NCBI GenBank assembly: GCA_963707505.1
Contig: CAVPQB010000004.1
Coordinates: 1,344,001 to 1,408,000 of the forward strand
Source of the DNA: an uncultured Gemmatimonadales bacterium
GTDB lineage: Bacteria; Gemmatimonadota; Gemmatimonadetes; Gemmatimonadales; Gemmatimonadaceae
Direction of reading: 5' to 3'
Length of the DNA: 64,000 nt
Of this stretch, positions 9,872-19,285 are shown piece by piece (the stretch's first letter is position 1; every line of letters starts with the position of its first letter). The notes below the pieces were generated by a model. That model searched no databases, was not told where the DNA came from, and saw only the letters and a program-made list of their open reading frames with translations. The position numbers and the translations under genes are program-made.

Positions 9872-11470
9872 TCACGCCAACGCGTACTGCTGCGTCACGT
9901 CCCGCCCCTGGGACTTCACAACCAGCTTGAACTCATCGGGCCTAAGTAGCGGATCGTCACGCATTTCCAGCGAAAACGACGCCGACTTCTGCAGCTTCTG
10001 CACGAGGTCCCGCTCCTGCTCCAGAACGTACATCGCGACCTCTGGATGCAGCTTCACCAGCAGATTGTCGCGACGCCCTTCGAGCACCATCCGGCGCACA
10101 GAGCGCTCCATCCGGCGCACTATCGTCTCGGGGGTGAAGACCCGCCCACTGCCATGACATGTGGGACACGCTTCCGTCATGCTCTGATAGTGACTCTGCC
10201 GCACGCGCTGGCGAGTCATCTCGACCAGCCCGAGATCGCTCACCGCAAATGCCTTGGTCCGCGCGCGGTCGCGCGAGAGATGGTTCCGTATCTCCTGAAG
10301 CACCTTGTCACGGTTCGACTTGGTCTCCATGTCGATGAAGTCCGTGACGATGATCCCGCCCACGTCGCGCAATCTCAACTGCCGCGCGACCTCTGCGGCA
10401 GCCTCCATGTTGGTCCGAAGAACGGTCTGCTCTGGATCCTTCTTGCCCGTGTAACGCCCCGAGTTCACGTCGATCGAGACCAGCGCTTCCGTCGGCTCGA
10501 TGATCAGATATCCGCCCGAGGGCAGATCGCAGCGACGCTTGAAGATGTCCCTGATCTCCGACTCGATCTCGAACTTGTCGAAGAGAGGCGGCTCCTCAGC
10601 GTGCAGCTTCACGCGCGGGATCAGATCCGGTGCGATGTCCTCCAGATAGTCCACGATCTCGTTGAAGACCTGCTTCGAATCCACGGTCAGCGAATCGACC
10701 TTGGCGCTGAACAGGTCGCGCACCAGTCCGCGCGTGAGACCTGTTTCACGATGGATGACCGCCGGTGCGCGCACGAACCGCGTCTTCTTCTTGATCCGCT
10801 TCCACTGCGATATGAGCGCCTCGAGCTCGCGCTTGAGCATGTCCGGCGTCACGTCCTCGCTCACGGTGCGAACGATCACGCCGCCGACCTTCTCCGGCAA
10901 AAAGCCGCGGACCATCTCCTTGAGTCGCTGGCGCTCAGCACCGGCACCGATCTTTCGGCTCACCCCGACCTTGGTGCCGCCGTCCGGGATGTACACCAGG
11001 AACCGGCCCGCCAGAGAGATCTGTGCCGTGACGCGCGGACCCTTGGTCGAGATCGGCTCCTTGGTCACCTGAACCAGAATGTCCTGACCGCGCTTGAGAC
11101 TGTCCTGGATCGGCGGGACCTTGCCGCGGCGACCATTGCCGCCGTTGCCATGCCCGTTGCCGCCGTTGCCGCCGCCGTTGCCGTTGGCTGGCTCGGCGTC
11201 GTCGTCGTCATGATCGTCCGGATCGGAGTCGTCATCCGAGTCGTCCGCCTGGACGTCGGACGCGTGGAGGAAGGCACTCTTCTCCGTCCCGATATTGACG
11301 AAGGCTGCCTGAATGCCGGGAAGGACGGCTTCCACCTTCCCAACGTAGATGTCGCCGATCATTCGGCGGTTATCTGGACGGTCGACCAACAGCTCTACGA
11401 GGCGGTCGTCCTCCAGAATCGCGATGCGCGTTTCGCGCGCAGCCGCGTTTATGAGGATTTCACGTTTCAT
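9872..11470 (-). CDS. rng: Rne/Rng family ribonuclease (RNase G length)
   Basis: S1 domain, QVTKEPISTKGPR, IDVNSG, GGIIVTDFIDM, CPTCHGSG. Confidence 0.92.
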   Translation of the reverse strand: MKREILINAAARETRIAILEDDRLVELLVDRPDNRRMIGDIYVGKVEAVLPGIQAAFVNIGTEKSAFLHASDVQADDSDDDSDPDDHDDDDAEPANGNGGGNGGNGHGNGGNGRRGKVPPIQDSLKRGQDILVQVTKEPISTKGPRVTAQISLAGRFLVYIPDGGTKVGVSRKIGAGAERQRLKEMVRGFLPEKVGGVIVRTVSEDVTPDMLKRELEALISQWKRIKKKTRFVRAPAVIHRETGLTRGLVRDLFSAKVDSLTVDSKQVFNEIVDYLEDIAPDLIPRVKLHAEEPPLFDKFEIESEIRDIFKRRCDLPSGGYLIIEPTEALVSIDVNSGRYTGKKDPEQTVLRTNMEAAAEVARQLRLRDVGGIIVTDFIDMETKSNRDKVLQEIRNHLSRDRARTKAFAVSDLGLVEMTRQRVRQSHYQSMTEACPTCHGSGRVFTPETIVRRMERSVRRMVLEGRRDNLLVKLHPEVAMYVLEQERDLVQKLQKSASFSLEMRDDPLLRPDEFKLVVKSQGRDVTQQYALA

Positions 11471-11577
11471 TGTAGCCCACGCAGGCCCGGGATCGTGTTA
11501 CAGGGTCCCTGCCTCGGCGCGGTCCAAAAGAGAAATAGACTGGGGCGCCGGAGTAGCCGGCGCCAACATGAATAAAG

Positions 11578-12123
11578 CTACGTGCGGAGGGTCCGGAACG
11601 CCAGCCAAATCATTGCCAGAACATAAGTTAGGCCGGCTTTCCACTCCCCGTGCTTCATGTAGAGGGCAGCATCGAAGCGGTTCATGGAGTCGGCATCGCC
11701 ACGCCAGGGCGCCGGCCGCGGGAAGAACAGGGGCACATTGGTCGCATAACGACCGTACGCTTCCGGGAAGCGTCCTTCGATGTTCACGATCTCGCGCCGC
11801 ATCGTCGGATAGTAGATGAGCAGGAAGAATACGACGACTGCGACAAGCAGACTCCAGTGCGCCGCGACGGCAAATCCCGCGGCGATCAGGAAGCTTCCGA
11901 AGTACAATGGATTTCGAGTATGAGCATACGGACCGCTGGTAGCGAGCCGCTCATTCTTGTTGATGTGTCCCGACGCCCATGCGCGCACCAGAACACCGAT
12001 CAATGCAATCGCTCCGCCGAACACGAGCGAGCCCATGGTTGGGTGCGCGAAGATGACGTACGCAATTCCGAGAACGAAGCCCAGCGGGATGCGAAGTGTC
12101 TTGGCGACTTCCGAAAGCGTCAC
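11578..12123 (-). CDS. ICMT/PEMT-family membrane methyltransferase
   Basis: LATSGPYAHTRNPLYFG, TM helices. Confidence 0.85.
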   Translation of the reverse strand: MTLSEVAKTLRIPLGFVLGIAYVIFAHPTMGSLVFGGAIALIGVLVRAWASGHINKNERLATSGPYAHTRNPLYFGSFLIAAGFAVAAHWSLLVAVVVFFLLIYYPTMRREIVNIEGRFPEAYGRYATNVPLFFPRPAPWRGDADSMNRFDAALYMKHGEWKAGLTYVLAMIWLAFRTLRT

Positions 12124-13337
12124 GCCGTGAGCCCGCGCAGAATGTGACGGCCGATCACGAGCCGTTGAATCTCCGATGTCCCCTCGCCGATCTCACATAT
12201 CTTGGCGTCGCGCATCATTCTCTCGACCGGGTAATCCTTGGTGTAGCCGTAGCCGCCGTGAATCTGCACGGCTTTGGTGGTGGCGCGCATCGCCAACTCG
12301 GAGCAGAACAGCTTGGCCATCGCCGCTTCCTTGCCGAACGGCTTGCCGTGCTGCGACAGCCACGCGGCGTGAAACACGAGATGTCGACCCGCCTCGATCT
12401 CTGTCGCCATGTCGGACAGTTGAAACTGCACGCCCTGGAAATCCGCGATCGGCTTCCCGAACTGCTTTCGCTCCGACGCGTATCTCAGCGCCTGCTCGTA
12501 CGCGCCCTCGGCGATTCCGAGCGACAGCGCGCCGATGCCGATGCGACCCGAATCCAGCGTCTGCATGAAATTCGTGAAGCCCTCACCCTCGTTGCCGAGG
12601 AGATTTTCCTCCGGCACCTCGACGTCTTCGAATACCAGCTCGCGCGTATCCGACGAGCGCCAGCCGAGCTTGTCTTCCTTCTTGCCGGCGCGGAATCCCT
12701 TCATCGCGGGTAGCGACTCGTCGTGTCCGATCCCGATCTGCTTCGCTGTCTCGAGGTCGGTGGTCGGCTTGGTGAGAATGAACGAGCTGATTCCCTTGGT
12801 TCCGCGGCTCGGATCGGTGACTGCGGTGACGACGAAGATCTCGCCAACCCCACCGTGCGTGATGAAGATCTTGGAGCCGTTCAGTATGTAGCGGTCTCCG
12901 CGCTTCTCCGCGCGTGTGCGCGTTCCGCCGGCGTCGCTTCCGGCCGACGGCTCCGTGAGACCAAAGCCGCCGAGGACCTTTCCGGACGCAAGCAGCGGGA
13001 CGTAGCGCTTGCGCTGCGCATCATTGCCGAACTTGACAATGGGTGATGTGCCGAGGGTCGTGTGAGCGGAGATTGTTATCGCGTGCGAAGCATCGACTTT
13101 GGCCATCTCGTGTATGGCGATGATGTACGACGTCAGGTCGAGGCCGGCACCGCCCAATTCTTCCGGCCAGGGCACGCCAAGAAGTCCGAGCTCGCCCATT
13201 CCCTTGACGTTGTCCCAGAGAAACTTTCCTTCCGCGTCGAGCTTGGCTGCAACCGGTGCGACGTGATCCCGCGCAAATCCGCGGACGGTGTCGCGCACTG
13301 CAAGATGTTGTTCGGAGAAGTAGAAGGAATCGTCCAT
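12120..13337 (-). CDS. Acyl-CoA dehydrogenase (short/branched-chain type)
   Basis: FGLTEPSAGSD, GSKIFIT, RKQFG, QIHGGYG, IGEGTSEIQR. Confidence 0.93.
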   Translation of the reverse strand: MDDSFYFSEQHLAVRDTVRGFARDHVAPVAAKLDAEGKFLWDNVKGMGELGLLGVPWPEELGGAGLDLTSYIIAIHEMAKVDASHAITISAHTTLGTSPIVKFGNDAQRKRYVPLLASGKVLGGFGLTEPSAGSDAGGTRTRAEKRGDRYILNGSKIFITHGGVGEIFVVTAVTDPSRGTKGISSFILTKPTTDLETAKQIGIGHDESLPAMKGFRAGKKEDKLGWRSSDTRELVFEDVEVPEENLLGNEGEGFTNFMQTLDSGRIGIGALSLGIAEGAYEQALRYASERKQFGKPIADFQGVQFQLSDMATEIEAGRHLVFHAAWLSQHGKPFGKEAAMAKLFCSELAMRATTKAVQIHGGYGYTKDYPVERMMRDAKICEIGEGTSEIQRLVIGRHILRGLTA

Positions 13338-13351
13338 TATCGGGTATCGTG

Positions 13352-15421
13352 TTATCCCTGATCGTCGGCCAGCGCAGCCATGAACCGCGCACCGAACCGC
13401 TCGGTCTTGACCGGTCCGATTCCGCGCAGCTCGCCAAACGCGGAGAGTGTGCGCGGACGGTGCACCGCGATCTGCCGGAGCGTCTTGTCGTCGAACACAA
13501 TATAGGCAGGGACCTCTTCTTCCCGCGCTATTTCGCGCCTGAGGGCACGGAGGCGATCGAACAGCTCCCGCGCCGGTGCCGGTAGGTCATCGGCGGCATC
13601 CGGCGCTTCGCGAGCGCGACCGCGAGCAGGTTTTGGAACGGGAGCGCCGCGCGTGCGGGCGGTCGATCGGCTTCGGGCTGGCGATTCTTCCTTTGCGGGA
13701 CGCGGCGCTGTGGTGCCCTGGCAATTGTCGCATCCCGAGCAGCTGTTGCCCGCCGCCGGATCGCCGAAATATCGAAGGACGAAGGCGCGCCGACAGCTCT
13801 TCGCATATGCGTAGCGCTGAACGGCTTCGAGCTTCTCGAGCTCGGCCTGGCGCCGCTGGTCCAGCGATTTCCAATCGACCTTGAAGCTGTCCAGGTCGCG
13901 CGATGGTGCGACGAGCGTAATGCCCCCACCGATTCTCTGCGCCGTTACGAACTGGCGATTCTCCAGAGATTCCAGCGTGTCCTGAATTTCCATCGGCGCG
14001 CCGAGTCCCGATGGAAGCGAGGCGATGTCCACTATCGCGCCGTCGTTCAGATCGTTGCCGGCGGCGCGCCAGAGCGCGCGAAGAACACCGAGCGCGATTG
14101 CGTCATCGGAATTGGAGAGCTCTCGCTTGATGCGCGTTGGAGTCGCAAGAAGCCTCACGCGCACGAGTGACGCTGACTCCTGCGCCTTTACCGTCGCGGC
14201 CGCCTGTTCCAGCACGCGCAGCGCGCTCTCGATGTCGCGCGCGTTGATCTTTCCCGGAACGGCGCTCGCGAGCTCTTCCGGCGACTCCGATATCGTCGCG
14301 GACCGATTGGCGAGACGTTGCAGCGTCGTGTAGACTCGCGTCACCAGCTCGCGCTCTGGATACGCGCCCTTTATGAAATACTCGTGCGTGAAGCGATCCT
14401 GGAAAGCATGCAGCAGGATCGCCTCGGACGGCAGGCCGTCACGCCCCGCACGGCCCGCTTCCTGATAGTACGCTTCGAGCGTTCCGGGCATCGAGTGATG
14501 AACCACAGCGCGCACGTTGGCCTTGTCGATTCCCATTCCGAACGCGTTGGTCGCGACGATGACCCGTACGCGCTCGGTCATGAAGTCTTCCTGAACTTCG
14601 TGCCTGTGGACGTCGTCCAGCCCCGCGTGATATGCCGCAGCAGAAATCCCTTCCCGCTGCAACATGGACGCGATCCGCTCTACCGACTTGCGCGTTGCGG
14701 CGTACACGACGGTCAGGCCGGGCCGATCACTCAATACCTGAACCAGCAGCGCATCCTTGCCGGCGTCGTTGCGGGCAGGAACCACCGAATAGCTCAGATT
14801 GGTGCGATCGAATCCGGTGATCACGACCTTGGGATCGCGCAATGCAAGCTGCCGCGCGATGTCACGCCTTACTGTTGGAGTCGCAGTAGCGGTCAGCGCA
14901 ATGGTCGGCGGATCACCCAGCGCCTCACGCACAGCGCGCATCCGGAGATAACTCGGCCTGAAGTCATGACCCCACTGGCTTATGCAGTGAGCCTCGTCGA
15001 TCGCGAGCAACGACACTCCACCACGGCGCAGCTGCTCGGCGGTGCTGCCGGCATCGAAGCGCTCGGGTGCCATGTACAACATCTTGATCTCGCCGCGCGC
15101 AACGCGGGCCATGCGGTCGGAAACCTGGCCGTTGGTCAGAGTGCTGTTCACAAACGCCGCGGCGATTCCCTTTGCCTCGAGCGCATCGACCTGATCCTTC
15201 ATCAGCGAGATCAATGGCGATACAACCACGGTAAGACCCGGGAGGAGCAACGCCGGCACCTGATAGCACAACGATTTACCGCCGCCGGTCGGCAGAATCA
15301 CGAGCGTGTCGCGCCCCTGCAACACGGACTCGACAGCGATCTCCTGTCCCGCGCGGAATGCGGGATATCCGAAGGCTTTGCCGAGCGTGGCGCGCGCATC
15401 ATCCAGAGTTGGGACTGTCAT
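13352..15421 (-). CDS. recQ: RecQ family helicase with HRDC domain
   Basis: PTGGGKS, DEAHCISQWGHDFRP, QEAGRAGRDG, Zn-binding Cys, C-terminal HRDC. Confidence 0.93.
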   Translation of the reverse strand: MTVPTLDDARATLGKAFGYPAFRAGQEIAVESVLQGRDTLVILPTGGGKSLCYQVPALLLPGLTVVVSPLISLMKDQVDALEAKGIAAAFVNSTLTNGQVSDRMARVARGEIKMLYMAPERFDAGSTAEQLRRGGVSLLAIDEAHCISQWGHDFRPSYLRMRAVREALGDPPTIALTATATPTVRRDIARQLALRDPKVVITGFDRTNLSYSVVPARNDAGKDALLVQVLSDRPGLTVVYAATRKSVERIASMLQREGISAAAYHAGLDDVHRHEVQEDFMTERVRVIVATNAFGMGIDKANVRAVVHHSMPGTLEAYYQEAGRAGRDGLPSEAILLHAFQDRFTHEYFIKGAYPERELVTRVYTTLQRLANRSATISESPEELASAVPGKINARDIESALRVLEQAAATVKAQESASLVRVRLLATPTRIKRELSNSDDAIALGVLRALWRAAGNDLNDGAIVDIASLPSGLGAPMEIQDTLESLENRQFVTAQRIGGGITLVAPSRDLDSFKVDWKSLDQRRQAELEKLEAVQRYAYAKSCRRAFVLRYFGDPAAGNSCSGCDNCQGTTAPRPAKEESPARSRSTARTRGAPVPKPARGRAREAPDAADDLPAPARELFDRLRALRREIAREEEVPAYIVFDDKTLRQIAVHRPRTLSAFGELRGIGPVKTERFGARFMAALADDQG

Positions 15422-15530
15422 GCCTGAATGATTCAGCGGATGCGCCCGCGCAGTCGAATCGATCCTGCTCGCCTCAAGGCAATACTATCCAGGGGCGCAG
15501 CCAGAGAATCGCCCATCGATGCTGTGCCGA

Positions 15531-18011
15531 TCAGACGGCTCGCGCAAAGTGGCCGCGCGTGAACGCGGACCCGACGACCGAGCGGACTGAGTCAGTTGGC
15601 CCCGATGCACCAGATGCGAGCGAGTCGATCAACTGGCGGTAACCGGCAACTACCTCTGCAACGGGGTCGCCGGGTACGTTGAATACCGCGTTGAACGAGC
15701 GGACGCCAACGCTCCAGAGCCTTGGTATGTATTCCGAGCCTTCGATCGGGCGTGAGTGCAACAGCCGGTTGCGACAGGCGCTGTCGGTTGCCACCGCAAA
15801 TGTGTAACCAGCCGGATCCGTCAGCGATACGTTCCTGTGTTTCTGCACGCACAGATCGCGACACGTCGTCGGCTCGCGATCGAAAGCTGCGGACAGCACA
15901 CAGTGCTCGATGGTCATCCCTTCTGGCCGGCCATACACGAGAACGTCGAACCCGCTTCCGTTCCATGGCGCTACGAGTTCGCGAAGCTCGTCCACCGTCA
16001 GCTCAATGGAGGGAACGATCCGCCGAACTCCGTTCCCGAACAGATGCGCTGCGGTATGCTGGTTGAAACAGTTCACCGCGTAGTCTGCAATTACGTCGCG
16101 ACCCTGGCGCGCAAGCTCGACGACCAGTCCAACGTGGCCCGATACGATCGGCAGATCCAGCGCGAGCCACTTGTCCACGACCGCACGATCCTCCGGGCGA
16201 ACGATGCTCGGCGTGCGAATGCGCAGCGAAACCCCAACTCCTGAAAGTTCAGTAGTTAGCGCACGGACGCGTGACACAGGCGGCGTTGGGTGGCGCAGGA
16301 ATGGATCGAGCACGATCTCTGTAGCGCCCGCGGCAGCGGCCGCACGCGCATCGGCGAGATCGTACACGTGCGCTGACAACGTCGGTCTGTCGTTCGCCGG
16401 CGTTCGGTTCACAGCAACTTCCGCAATCGCCGCCGAGATCCGCTCCGCGCGCTCACCAAGCCGTGATGCGTTGCCCCACTCGACCCGTTGCTCCAGATCG
16501 GCGATCGCGCTCTGGCGCAGATGGTTCAGAACGCTTACGGGAATGAACTGACCCGCGCCAAGCCCGTTCGCGTCCACTTCGCGCAGCGCGAAGCCGGTCT
16601 CCCCGAGCCGGCCCAGCTGCTCGCGCAGCTGCGCGACGTCGAGCGCGCGCTTCGACGCCGTTGCCAGCGCGATGTCACTGCGTACGACGACGTCTCCGAC
16701 GTCCGATCTGAACACGAGCTTGAGAGGCGAACCCACGCTGCCGAACGCGGCGACGTCGACAGGACGCTTGCGCGCGGGCGACAGCTCCACCGACTCGAAG
16801 CTCGCCCGCGCACGCGCGAGAAGTGTGGCGTCGGAGCTGCGAACCACGACCGCGCCAACCTGCGGATGCGCACGCAATGTCAGAGCCTGACGGAGTCTTC
16901 CGTTCGTCTCGCTCAACGTACGCACCGAGGTAACAGTCGCGCCGATGGTCTCGACTCCGCGACCGCCCTCGAACGCGACTCCGTCGCCTGCTTCGATTCG
17001 AGTCGACACCTCTACAACTACTTCACGCGCGCTGACGTCCACAACGGTGCCCAACTCCACGCCACGGTTGTCCGGTTGATCGCGCGTGACGTACTCGCGG
17101 CCGGCCCGCCCTCGGTACATTCCCGGCGTAAAACCGCGGCTGAAGATCTGAACCAGATCCTGCACTTCGTCTACCGCCGGCGGGGTCGTATCGCCTTCCC
17201 CAACGCGCGTTAGAAAATCGCGATATCCCCGCGTGACAGTCGCTACGTACTCCGGCCGCTTCTTTCGGCCTTCGATCTTGAGACAACCCACACCGGCATC
17301 TGCGATGTCGGCCAGCGAGTCGTACGCGCCAAGGTCCTTCGCGGAGATGAGGAAGCCGGTGTCGAGCGTCTGGCCCGTCGTGGAATCCGTAAGCGTGTAG
17401 TCCTTGCGGCACGACTGTGCGCACGATCCGCGATTAGCGCTGCGCTCGGAGATCATCCCGGACATGTAGCACTGGCCGCTGTACGAGATGCAGAGCGCGC
17501 CATGTATGAAGGACTCGAGCCCGAGCTCCGGCACAGCGGAGTGAATCGCGCGAATGTCTTCGATCGTGTTCTCGCGTGCCAACACAACGCGATCGATCCC
17601 CAGCTCCTGCATCAGCCGTGCGCCCGATTCGTCGTGCACGGTCATCTGGGTCGAGCCGTGTATCTCGAACCCCGGGTACACCGTATTGATGAGCTTGACG
17701 AGCCCGATATCCTGCACGATCGCTGCGTCGATCCCGCGATCGATTGCCTGACCCAGAAAATCGAGCGCGTCGCTCAGCTCGGCGGGCTTCACGAGCGTGT
17801 TGAGCGTCAGGTAGATCCTCGTCCCGCGAGAGTGCGCCAGCGCACATGCGGCTTCGAGCTCGTCCAGTGTCAGCTGGGCGCCCTCGTCCCGCGCATTGAA
17901 CTTCTCGGCGCCGAGGTACACGGCGTCGGCGCCGTTCGCGACGGCGGCCCGAACGGCATCCAGAGAGCCGGCGGGTGACAGGAGTTCGGGAATGTTTCGG
18001 GTGGCCTTCAC
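15531..18011 (-). CDS. rlhA: U32 peptidase family long form (RlhA-like rRNA hydroxylation protein)
   Basis: ELLSPAG, HGALCISYSGQC, NRGSCAQSCR, LKIEGR, DUF3656-like QLGRLG. Confidence 0.78.
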   Translation of the reverse strand: MKATRNIPELLSPAGSLDAVRAAVANGADAVYLGAEKFNARDEGAQLTLDELEAACALAHSRGTRIYLTLNTLVKPAELSDALDFLGQAIDRGIDAAIVQDIGLVKLINTVYPGFEIHGSTQMTVHDESGARLMQELGIDRVVLARENTIEDIRAIHSAVPELGLESFIHGALCISYSGQCYMSGMISERSANRGSCAQSCRKDYTLTDSTTGQTLDTGFLISAKDLGAYDSLADIADAGVGCLKIEGRKKRPEYVATVTRGYRDFLTRVGEGDTTPPAVDEVQDLVQIFSRGFTPGMYRGRAGREYVTRDQPDNRGVELGTVVDVSAREVVVEVSTRIEAGDGVAFEGGRGVETIGATVTSVRTLSETNGRLRQALTLRAHPQVGAVVVRSSDATLLARARASFESVELSPARKRPVDVAAFGSVGSPLKLVFRSDVGDVVVRSDIALATASKRALDVAQLREQLGRLGETGFALREVDANGLGAGQFIPVSVLNHLRQSAIADLEQRVEWGNASRLGERAERISAAIAEVAVNRTPANDRPTLSAHVYDLADARAAAAAGATEIVLDPFLRHPTPPVSRVRALTTELSGVGVSLRIRTPSIVRPEDRAVVDKWLALDLPIVSGHVGLVVELARQGRDVIADYAVNCFNQHTAAHLFGNGVRRIVPSIELTVDELRELVAPWNGSGFDVLVYGRPEGMTIEHCVLSAAFDREPTTCRDLCVQKHRNVSLTDPAGYTFAVATDSACRNRLLHSRPIEGSEYIPRLWSVGVRSFNAVFNVPGDPVAEVVAGYRQLIDSLASGASGPTDSVRSVVGSAFTRGHFARAV

Positions 18012-18024
18012 CCCCGCAATCTAA

Positions 18025-18180
18025 TTACGCTCTCGGACGGACGAAACGGAGCAGAAACGCCCCGAGAAGGCAGACAATAGCTGCAAGACGATAAGCGACC
18101 ACGCCGGACCTGATCGAGAACGCAAAAAGGACGATCGCACAAATCGCAAGTCCGATCTTGAACGAGTCGATGCGCCTCAT
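18025..18180 (-). CDS. Small two-TM membrane protein (51 aa), absent from ORF track
   Basis: MRRIDSFKIGLAICAIVLFAFSIRSGVVAYRLAAIVCLLGAFLLRFVRPRA*; ATG overlaps hydratase stop (ATGA) and fills the gap. Confidence 0.65.
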   Translation of the reverse strand: MRRIDSFKIGLAICAIVLFAFSIRSGVVAYRLAAIVCLLGAFLLRFVRPRA

Positions 18181-18935
18181 GCTTTCTTCGTGAACCGTAG
18201 AACGCCGTTGCGGAAGTCCTCGGTGGTTCGGGCCGCGACATTCGTGCGCGCGCCGGCGAGAACACCCTCGCGGAAATCCAGCCCATCGAGCTGATAGAAC
18301 AGCGTCTTGGTGAGCGCCTGCGCGCTTGCCGACGATTCCGCGATCTCACGCGCGATCAGCTTTGCAGCTTCTGCGAAATCGTCGCCGCCGATCACGCGAC
18401 TCACCAGGCCCATTGCAAGCGCTTCGGCCGCTTCGATGCGTCTCCCGCTTGCGACCAGGTCGTAGGCGCGCTTCTCGCCAACGGACCGGCGGAGCATCGT
18501 CATCACCATTGCAGGTACGAAGCCGACGAGAACCTCCGGGTAGCCGAACTGGGCGTCTTCGTGTGCGATCACGATGTCTGCGGCGGTGGCCAACCCTGCA
18601 CCGCCGGCAAGGGCACGTCCACGCACGGCCGCTATCACCGGCTTGGGCATCTCGCGCATCGCGATGAATACGCGTCCGAGCGCCTCGGCGTCGGCATAAT
18701 GCTGCTCCGGTGTTGCGCCGAGCATGCCGGCGAGCTCTGTGAGATCGGCGCCAGCGCAGAAGTCGACGCCGTCGGCGCTAAGCAGAACGGCATGAGTGCC
18801 AGTGTGCTGTGCGCACGACGTGAAGGCTTGCAGGAGCTCGTGCGTCGTCTCGTGGTCGAGTGCGTTACGCTTCTCCGGCCGCGCGAGCGTGATGTGCGCG
18901 AGTGCGCCGTCGGACTCGACGCGAATGCGGTTCAT
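18177..18935 (-). CDS. Enoyl-CoA hydratase (methylglutaconyl-CoA hydratase-like)
   Basis: RPEKRNAL, FCAGADL, ALAGGAGL, FGYPEV. Confidence 0.88.
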   Translation of the reverse strand: MNRIRVESDGALAHITLARPEKRNALDHETTHELLQAFTSCAQHTGTHAVLLSADGVDFCAGADLTELAGMLGATPEQHYADAEALGRVFIAMREMPKPVIAAVRGRALAGGAGLATAADIVIAHEDAQFGYPEVLVGFVPAMVMTMLRRSVGEKRAYDLVASGRRIEAAEALAMGLVSRVIGGDDFAEAAKLIAREIAESSASAQALTKTLFYQLDGLDFREGVLAGARTNVAARTTEDFRNGVLRFTKKA

Positions 18936-19285
18936 GCGGACGGCAGACCGAGAGCGCGCGCCTCGGCGTCAGGTACCTCGAGCATCATGCGCAGCAACGC
19001 GGTCGAGTACACTTTCCCCTGCGCATCGGTCTTGAGCGACAGTGTCCCACCGCCGCCAAGCGCCCCATGCAACAGAAAGTTGAGAGCGTTCAGGTTCGGC
19101 AGCTCGAACCGATCGACCTCGCCCTTGATCATTCCCGCGAAGTGTTGCGTAACGCGCGCCTGCGTCAGCTCCCGGCTGATGAGGGGATACCACTCGGGCC
19201 GGTTCGCGATGATTCCGACGTTCGCTGTATCGCCCTTGTCACCGGATCGCGCGTGCGCGATGTCGAGCAAGCGTACTATCATCAA
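18932..19285 (-). CDS. AtuA C-terminal-like small protein
   Basis: AHARSGDKGD...ALGGGG..SLKTDAQGK. Confidence 0.85.
   Translation of the reverse strand: MMIVRLLDIAHARSGDKGDTANVGIIANRPEWYPLISRELTQARVTQHFAGMIKGEVDRFELPNLNALNFLLHGALGGGGTLSLKTDAQGKVYSTALLRMMLEVPDAEARALGLPSA

Noticed and set aside
10046..11575. Long plus-strand ORF (509 aa); similarly 2399-3841, 20657-22009, 23020-24240 and minus-strand 6138-7319
   Set aside because: Antisense shadows of well-supported genes in GC-rich DNA; no motifs.
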